The notes beneath the pieces were generated by a model. It did no database searches, was not told the DNA's origin, and saw nothing but the letters and a program-made list of their open reading frames with translations. The translations under genes were made by a program, and so were the position numbers. From Lama glama (taxonomy: Eukaryota), in assembly GCA_028534125.1 (NCBI GenBank), contig CM052818.1, positions 20,338,001 to 20,402,000 on the forward strand: DNA of 64,000 nucleotides, read 5' to 3'. Shown piece after piece: positions 55,744 through 64,000 of this stretch (position 1 is its first letter; each line of letters starts with the position of its first letter).

Positions 55744-56099
55744 TCACCGCCAAGCTCCTTGCTCTGAACTCTGCCCAGGGAAACGAGGGGAAGAAAGCCT
55801 CCTTCCCAGGGGCCTTACCCCACTCTCTGCTGCTCTGCTGGACTCTGCTCCCCCATCAGTCCCCTCTGGGACTCCAGGCCTCCAATTCCCAAGGCACACA
55901 GCACTCAATCTGCACCTCATGCTTTGGCCATTAATGAGAGGTCACCATGTGCTTCCAATGTTGCTTATGCCTGGAAGCCTTACCTAGGGAGTCTGTCATC
56001 AGCTCCATGGTGGATGCAGGATTCTGTGAATGACCAAGAACCCAGCACAGACATGGAAAATGTAGGTCATCAGTTGGGACCAATGGTCACCATGATGAA

Positions 56100-56322
56100 G
56101 ATGGCTAATACACAGTGGTGACCACTAAGGGTGCGAAGGTATCAGTACTGACCACAGGCCAGGCACTACCAGCTCAGTTAAACCTCACCACCACCCTGCG
56201 GAGGAGGCACAAGTGTACAGGTGAGGGAATTAAGGCACAGTGAGATTAAGAGGTGTGCCAGGGCCAGGAATTGATGCTATGGGTCTGAATTCAGAGTCCA
56301 GGCTTTTTAATCACTATGCTGC
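56100..56322 (-). mobile_element. MIR
   Basis: acaggtgagggaattaaggcacagtgagattaag...gtctgaattcagagtccaggctttttaatcactatgctg. Confidence 0.7.
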
Positions 56323-59037
56323 CACTTACTATTTAAAAGGACTGAAGAGAAAGTGGCAAGTTGGAAGGGGAGGGGGTGGGGCAGAGGAGTCCAGGGATCT
56401 GATCTGTAGGCCTAGATCTGCCACCAAGCCCCATGAGTTTGGGCAAGTCTCCTAATTTCTTGGGACTTTGGATTCCTTATTTGGCAAAGAAAGATGGCAT
56501 CCCCACCGCACCTAACATCACAGGACCATGGGGTCCACGAGACACCGCAAATGGAAGAGGTGGGAAACATTAAGTGCCCCATAGAAGCAAGGGTCTTCAG
56601 GGTCTTCAGTGCCCTTCACAGAGATCCTCTCCACCTGCGTCTCTAGTGGAGCAGTCACGCAAAATCCACCCCTCTCAGAACAGAAGGGCACTGTCACCTG
56701 AGACCCCTTGGGCTGGAGAGTGTTACCCTGGCTACGCTGGGCATTGGGGAGCAGACAGCATGCAGTAGAGAAGCTGCCCTTGGCTCACTGTTGCCTGGTG
56801 AGCGAGAAGCACATCTAGGCGACTAAGGGTGAGAGCTGGGGATGGACATGGATGTGAACACAGACACCGAGGCATGGCTGTGTGCACACATACTGTCAGG
56901 GTCACTTAATGTCATAGAGAGCTCCCTCTCACCCAGCAATAAGGAATGGCCCATTCTCTTGCTGGACCAGAGTTTTCCTGAGCCCTGTTTGAGATGTCTA
57001 CTGTGCACTTGTCCCAGGACAAGAGTCCCCAGATTTACTAAAAATAATCCTCCACACCACTCCTTAGATTCACAGCACAGGGGTGCCTGCCTGTGAATCT
57101 AGTCATGTCAACTCCATGTCTGTCTGCTCACCCCAAGGGACGCAAGAGGTCGCTGTGCCCGCCCTGTTCCTATGAGGGCTGAAGACTGCTGGACCTATGC
57201 TGAGAAGAGAGTCGGGGTCTCCCAGAACCAGCCCCACAGGGATGTGGCAACAACCAAGATGAAGAGGTGGGGAAGTGTGCCTGGTGACTAGGAGGTTCAT
57301 GTGGGGGCAGGAGAGTCGCATGACCCTCAGCTGCAACCACTAAAAACTGTGAAGTATTGGAGAATGGGAAGTGAGGATGATGGCACACGTGCAAGATGTG
57401 CTGCAAAGTCAGAGAGACTGGGAGTCCCACAAGGGTGGCACTCATGCAGGGGCATAGGGCTCAGGTGCACACACCACTCTGAGGAATACGCAGCAGCAGA
57501 GGGAAGAGTGAGACCAATCAGAGGACACAGGGAGGGAGAAAATGGCAGAGAGACAGAAGGTGAAAAGCCACAGAGGAAGAGAAGGAAGGAAGGTGACACA
57601 AAGAGAGGGCATTCCTTGGTGACCACACCAGGAAGTATGTGGAGAGACATGAGTTCTAAGTGCGAACACACAGACACGGGACAGGGCGAGGGCATCAGCC
57701 AAGTGCTTATGCTGCAAAAGTTCCAGGGAGCCCACTGGCAGAGCACCTTTTAACCGGAGGAAATTAGACACTTGGTGTTCAGAGCCACATGGGTTTGGGT
57801 GTATATGTATATATGATGGATGTGTACACGTGCCTCACACTGCAGGTGCTTCACAAAGTAATGAACAGAAAGGTTGGTCCCCGGCAGTCCTGCGCTCAGC
57901 AGAGGGCACATCCATTGCCCTAATGGGTCAGCAACTAAAAGAAACTGGCCCCAGGGAGCACCAGGATGGGCATTCAATTCCACCAAGGTAGGAAACCTGA
58001 AGATCCCTTTGTCAGTCCCTGGCAGTTTCTCTCTCTGGGGAAAAATACCAAGTTTGGGAACACATCTCACTGACAACTTCTTTTCACTACTCAGTATGAC
58101 AGGAAATACAGCACAAAAAACTAGGTCACAGATTAAACTGGGTTCTGTGCATGTCAAATCTCAACTCTCCAGCCTGCATGGCATGAAGTCATAGGGACTC
58201 CTTTAAAGGAGATGTGAAAGAGCCTTAGAAACCTGCAGAGGTTCACAGTTGAATAGACTTAATGAGATCCTTGAGAGCAGGAATCATGTATTCCTCTGTT
58301 TCCATGGGAACAATATTTGGCATATAGGAGGTACTCAATAAATGCTTAATAAAATGTCCCTAGGAAGGCAGGCAGACAGCAAGCAAACCATCTCTTTCTT
58401 TCATTTACTTGTGAAAGTTATGAGGGCAAGAACATACTTTGGGTTATGATCCTAAACCAGGAGTCAGGAGACCCAGGCGTTGGTGATTTGGAATTTCAAC
58501 CCTTAACAGCAGAAGCCCTTCAAAGCACTTTAGTGCTTTGGGCTATCTGCCCTTCAGGGACACGGGATTTTCAAATCAAAGCCTTGTCCCTTCCTGTTTT
58601 TCAGAGGTGGTGTGAAATCAAAAGGAGATAAAAGATGGAAAAAGCTTCAGATGCCAAGATATCATTTGGATGAATTATTTTTAAGAAGTATATTTCTATA
58701 AGTTGGTCCTTTTGGAAGCCAAATTATAAATCCATCCTATGATAAACCCACCCAGGGCCTCCCTCCCTGACTCCCAATTCTAATGGCTTATGATTATACA
58801 GTATTTATTTATTTTACCAAGACTTAAAAGCATGTCTTTGAAATCAGCTGTTGTGGACACAGATAACTTGTCATCTCTCCCGAAAGATTTTTTACATCTA
58901 TTAGTAGTACCACTCTTCTCCCAATCACTCAGTTGGGAGAAACCTGGCTTAACCGTCGAATTTTCTTGCTTCCTTACCCCAGCAACTTCCCTAACAGTCA
59001 ATCTGACACGAGTTTCTAAGATTAAGAGAACATCGTT

Positions 59038-59268
59038 ACAGTGGTCCAGTGCTCAGACTCTGAATAGACTAGCTGGATTTGAACATGGGTTTTTTTTTCA
59101 CATACTTGGCTGTGTGGTTTCGGGCAAGTTATGCTTCTTGTCTCTCTGTTGGAAAACGAAGGTAATAACAACAGGGATCCTGTTAAGGTTGTTACGGCAT
59201 TAAACAATACATGGTAAAGTGCTTACGTCAGGGCACAGCAAGGACCCAACGCATGTCAGCTATTACCG
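59038..59268 (+). mobile_element. MIR
   Basis: ggctgtgtggtttcgggcaagttatgc...gtaaagtgcttac...tgtcagctatta. Confidence 0.7.
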
Positions 59269-59547
59269 TTATGGCTGTGGTTCTTTCAGCCTCCTAAGCA
59301 TTTCTTGGATTTGCTAATCCCACTCCACTCCCCCATCACCTCGTAAAGATAAGGTTCCTGCTTGTGTGTTATGTCTCTTATGGTTTATGAGCTGTGTAGG
59401 GCCCCTAACACGTCAGTGAACCCCTTCACTGGTCCGATGAGATAATGACAACAAATAACTCACATTTTCCTTGTGGGCTTCGCTTGGGGAGCACCCAGCT
59501 CTTGGCATATTATCCACACACATCAACCCGCCTTTGAGCTGCGCTCA

Positions 59548-59892
<345 letters not shown>

Positions 59893-61114
59893 TCACGGCG
59901 GTGGAGGGGAAAGGGGAGGCACACCCCTTCTGACGCCGAGTCTTAACGTAAAGCCCTAACCAAAGCTCTTTATGCAGTCATTTCAAAGCACTCTGCCATC
60001 AGAGACATTAGGGTTTCCTAAATGCTCTGGAGAAGAATGGGCCATTTACATTCAAAGGGCGTCAGCAATTTTCTCTAATCCCGGAGGTACAGATCAAATT
60101 TCTTGCTTCTTTATGCCAAGGTCACGGAATAACTGTCCAGGCAAGAAGCACTGTCTACCCAGGGCACTGCTGCTGCCTGTGCTCCACTAGGGGTCCTGTC
60201 AGTGTTGGCTGGGGTGAGAGGGAGGCTGGCGGCAGGAGAATGGATGTTTTGTGGCACAGAAGTTCTTAAGCTTTTTGATTGGGCTGTGCCCTTTTGTGCC
60301 AAAGTTTAAAATTCTCATTTAATTGAACACTTCCCCAAGAAGTGGCCTATAGCTAGCTGTCTTTAGTGCCACGGGCCAGCGTGGGCAGAGGATGGCTGAA
60401 AGTAACCTAAAAACTGTTACCAGTGTAACTGTTTTGGGAAGACACGCAGGACACAGCCATATCCAACAGAGGCTACCCAAGTCCCCCAGGGTGAGACCCA
60501 AGTTAACCAGCCGCTGGGTGAGGAGATGGGATGGTCTCCCAGTCGTAACCACAGAGAAACCTCCTCATGACCTCATCACATACCCACCCTCCAATTCTGG
60601 ATAACTTGACCTTGCACTGTAGTCCTACTCGGGGTGGGGTGGGGATGGGGGGACCTTCCATACTTTCAAGTGAGTGTTAAATGTTTAAGAGCTAATGATC
60701 GCACAGAAGAGACAAAAAAAGAGAACCAGCAAGGACCATTTAGTGATACTGAGGACACACAGAACCCAGCTCAGTACTCAGGCGGGCCTTCAGGGACCTC
60801 GTACTGAAGGGTTATGCTTCACGGGGAAAGAAGGTAGTGCTCCCCACTCCAGCTGCACAAAAAGGCTGAGATCCCTGGGACACCTGGAGATGGTGGTCCC
60901 CACAGGTACTCCCACACATGTATGGAGTGGGGGGGGGGTGGCCAGGCAAGGACAAGGACAAAGGGAAAAGCAGGGACTTGCTTCATGGAGAGGGAGCATA
61001 AGCATGCAGAGCCTCCAAAAGTTATCAAACCCAGCCCTCGCCTCCTTCAAGCAGTAGCGATCTTGATCAGGCCCGTGGCCCTCCAAGGATTTACTTCATA
61101 CAATACCCTCTTAC

Positions 61115-61149
61115 CTTGACATTGGTATCCCTGCTTTCCTATGACACCC
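61115..61149 (-). CDS. PRKCE: PKC-epsilon exon 4 (35 bp), C1A
   Basis: cttttcag|GGGTGTC...TGTCAAG|gtaaga; GVIGKQGYQCQ; phase matches exons 3 and 5. Confidence 0.96.
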
Positions 61150-62764
61150 CTGAAAAGAAGAATATAACCCTTTAAAAAAGTGAATTTCAGTAGGTCAAAA
61201 GCCACACAAAGCCACCCCCATCCTGGCCATTCTGGCCATTGCCCCCAGTACACCAATTATGCTGGACTCCACCCAGCAGTGGGATGGTGATTTCACTACC
61301 AACTGCAAGATGCCTTAAAATGACTCCATCCGAAGTCCACTGCCGGCAGCCCTTGCACTTGGAATGAGTGCAAGGTTTGGTCAGTGTCACTGCTTGGTTT
61401 CCTGCACAAACAGCCATTCCAGGCAATCAGCCATGTTCCAGAAAACCATGGAGACTTTGCTCCCCACAGGCCTGGAATTGTCGAACATGCCCTTCCTCCT
61501 GGATAACCATGGAGGAGGACTGCTGCTGGTAGGCACCGTCTATGAGCATTCCAGAAGCAGTCAAGGGTTCTATGGGGCAGTCTGTGGCCAGGACCGGGAG
61601 TTCAATCTACCATTTTGGTGAAGACCAACGCCAAAGATTCTTTCCATGGCCAGAATAGGGTCCCCCAGAGCAGGTTCAAGGTCAGCCTGGACATTGAACA
61701 CTCCAACCAGCCCAACCGAAGCCCTGTCCTCAGGGTACCACCACCAGCTGCTCAGCTCCCTGCAATGCCCAGCCCAGCGAGAGGAGCCAGAAGTCACTGG
61801 GGCTACACCTAAAGATACCTAGAGGTCAGCAGTGCAGCCACAGGCTTAGAGGAGAATGGAGTCTCTAAGACTAAGCTTTCAGAACCCATTTCCCTCAAGT
61901 ATGCAATTCATAACCAGAATACAGAAGATGGAGGTTAGAGGGTTGAGTCAGCCCCAGAAACGAAACGTGTCTGTGGGTGGAGTGAGATGTTATTCCTGCT
62001 TCAGTCAGGCTGAGTTGGCTCTAAGCTGCGTCACCTCAGGTGTCCATTCTGACCTCCATGACTAGTTCTGGAACACCACTAGGATGAGACGAGGCATTCC
62101 CAGACACTGTGGGAATCCAGGGGTTCCTCAGAGTACAATTTGAAAGTCCCCCATTTGGGTTCATGCTGCAATTTGGCCTCTCTCCACTGTAGGATCCCAA
62201 TATGCTGGCAAACTCCACGTCAGCTTCAAAGAGCTCAGGGAGGACGCCAGAAAGGCTGAGTGTGAGCTTTTAGTAGTGCTCACCAGTGGTGGAATCAGGC
62301 CTCTGATACTTTTGAGCTGGAGGACCTTAGGCTAGTCTCATTTCAGAGCTTCAGTATTGTCGTTAGTGGAATGGGGTCCATATACATAGCTCATAGGATA
62401 CTGGGAAGAATTAATGAGAGGTTTCCAGTGCCAAAAAGAGAACCTGGCACATGGCAGGTATTCATTAAAAGTTACCCTCTAATCCCAAGGCCATGCTCCT
62501 TAGCCTTTTCCACCACCCCAAAAGTCCTACTACTTACCTATCTCTGCCTAATGAAATCTTAGTCATCCTGAAAGGAGAAATGCCACGTCCTCCAGGAAGC
62601 CTTCCCAGAGCACTCCAGCCAGGGCTGCTCTCTCCTTGCTCTGAAATCTCAGCATCCTAGCTAGCAGCACCAATGCTATAACAGTTACTGAGAAGTACTT
62701 TATAAATTATAAATTTAATATAATTATATTATAAATTATGAATTATAAATATTGGCAACTGAGT

Positions 62765-63060
62765 ATTTTAAGCTTATTATGGAAAAAGTCAAATGTATAC
62801 AAAAGTAGATCATGTACCCATTACCCAGCTCCAACAGTGATCAATATATGGCCAGTCTTGTTTCATCTCTACACCAGCCCCTCTCCTCTCCTTCCAGCTT
62901 TTTTTTGTTCCAAAACAAATCTGGGACATCATATCATTTCATGTGTAAATAATTCAACTTGTCTCTCTAAAATATAAGGTTTTGTTTTAAAAACAACCAC
63001 GATACCACTATTGGTTATAAAATCTTAACTCTTTAAATATGACATGGTCCTAAGTATAAA
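62765..63060 (-). mobile_element. Old L1 3' end fragment (L1MC/MD-like)
   Basis: catgtacccattacccagctccaacagtgatcaatatatggccagtcttgtttcatct...gacatcatatcatttca. Confidence 0.65.
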
Positions 63061-63268
63061 GTCATCAGGAACTATAGTTTCTTCTTTCCATTGATTTCTC
63101 CCCCAAGCACCACTCAGTTACCCTTCTAGAAAAGTCTTCTGCAGTCAAATAAGGAAATAAAGCACATCAGCATTTTTTTATATAAAGTTGCTCATCTTCC
63201 GACCCATTCCCTCACCCTTTTCACCACCAAGAAGGCATAACTAGAGGTTCCCAGGAAAGAGGGTCTTA

Positions 63269-63469
<201 letters not shown>

Positions 63470-64000
63470 TTAGCATACCTTGAAAAGAACCTCTTTTGGG
63501 GGACCTACTCCAGCCTCAGGGACCTGGAGGTGGGAGGGGACATTGCAGAGTAGCTTCCGCTGGTGGACGGATTCAGGAGTCCAGAGAGCCTCACTGCTCA
63601 GCTCCAGGGAGCGAGCACCATGTGTTCGGAAGGCCTGGTTTCTGCACTTTTCTGCAACAGCTACACTCAGCATCCATCCCAACCCCATTCCTGCTCCAGG
63701 TGTGGCCACACCACTCCTTCCCACACCAGCTGCATGTTGCAAGGTCACAGGGTCAAAAGGCTCAAGGTTCACATCTTATTAAAACTTCTGAGCAGTGTGA
63801 CCTTGGATCACTCGTGTTCCTCACCCTGAGCCTCTGCCAGCATTGTCCTCTGTAAGTGGGAATAACAGTGTCGGCCCCAAGGGGCGTTGCCTGGAGTCCA
63901 TGGTGTGACCCCCTCAGCACCCAGCTGCCAGACGCAAGAAGTAGCTGCCTCATAAACCTGACGTTTCTTCCTTCTCCCTCTTACCGACACTAGGACAACC

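Noticed and set aside
57301..57771. Overlapping 109-150 aa ORFs on both strands
   Set aside because: Purine-rich low-complexity intron sequence with no protein family resemblance

Overview
Mammalian genomic DNA, probably camelid (inferred from four Vic-1-like tRNA-derived SINEs). The whole window lies inside PRKCE (protein kinase C epsilon) on the minus strand. Eight consecutive coding exons (3-10 by human numbering; 160, 35, 86, 130, 143, 97, 200 and 174 bp) have GT-AG boundaries and splice into one uninterrupted frame. They encode the pseudosubstrate, C1A, the actin-binding LKKQET motif, C1B, the V3 hinge and the kinase N-lobe (about aa 138-479). Bases 1-32493 are part of intron 10, and I found no exon 11 there. 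The introns hold ordinary mammalian repeats: a ~5.3 kb decayed L1MC-type LINE, L1/L2/MIR fragments, two MLT1 LTRs, MER2/MER5 DNA-transposon relics and microsatellites. I see no new multi-gene system. The most notable items are two apparent substitutions next to C1 zinc-ligand cysteines, an atypical poly(A)-less internal L1 fragment between 17-bp direct repeats, three clustered AT-rich inverted repeats, a consensus CTCF site and several candidate enhancer motif clusters. Repeat family names and human residue comparisons come from recall, not from searches; repeat boundaries are approximate.
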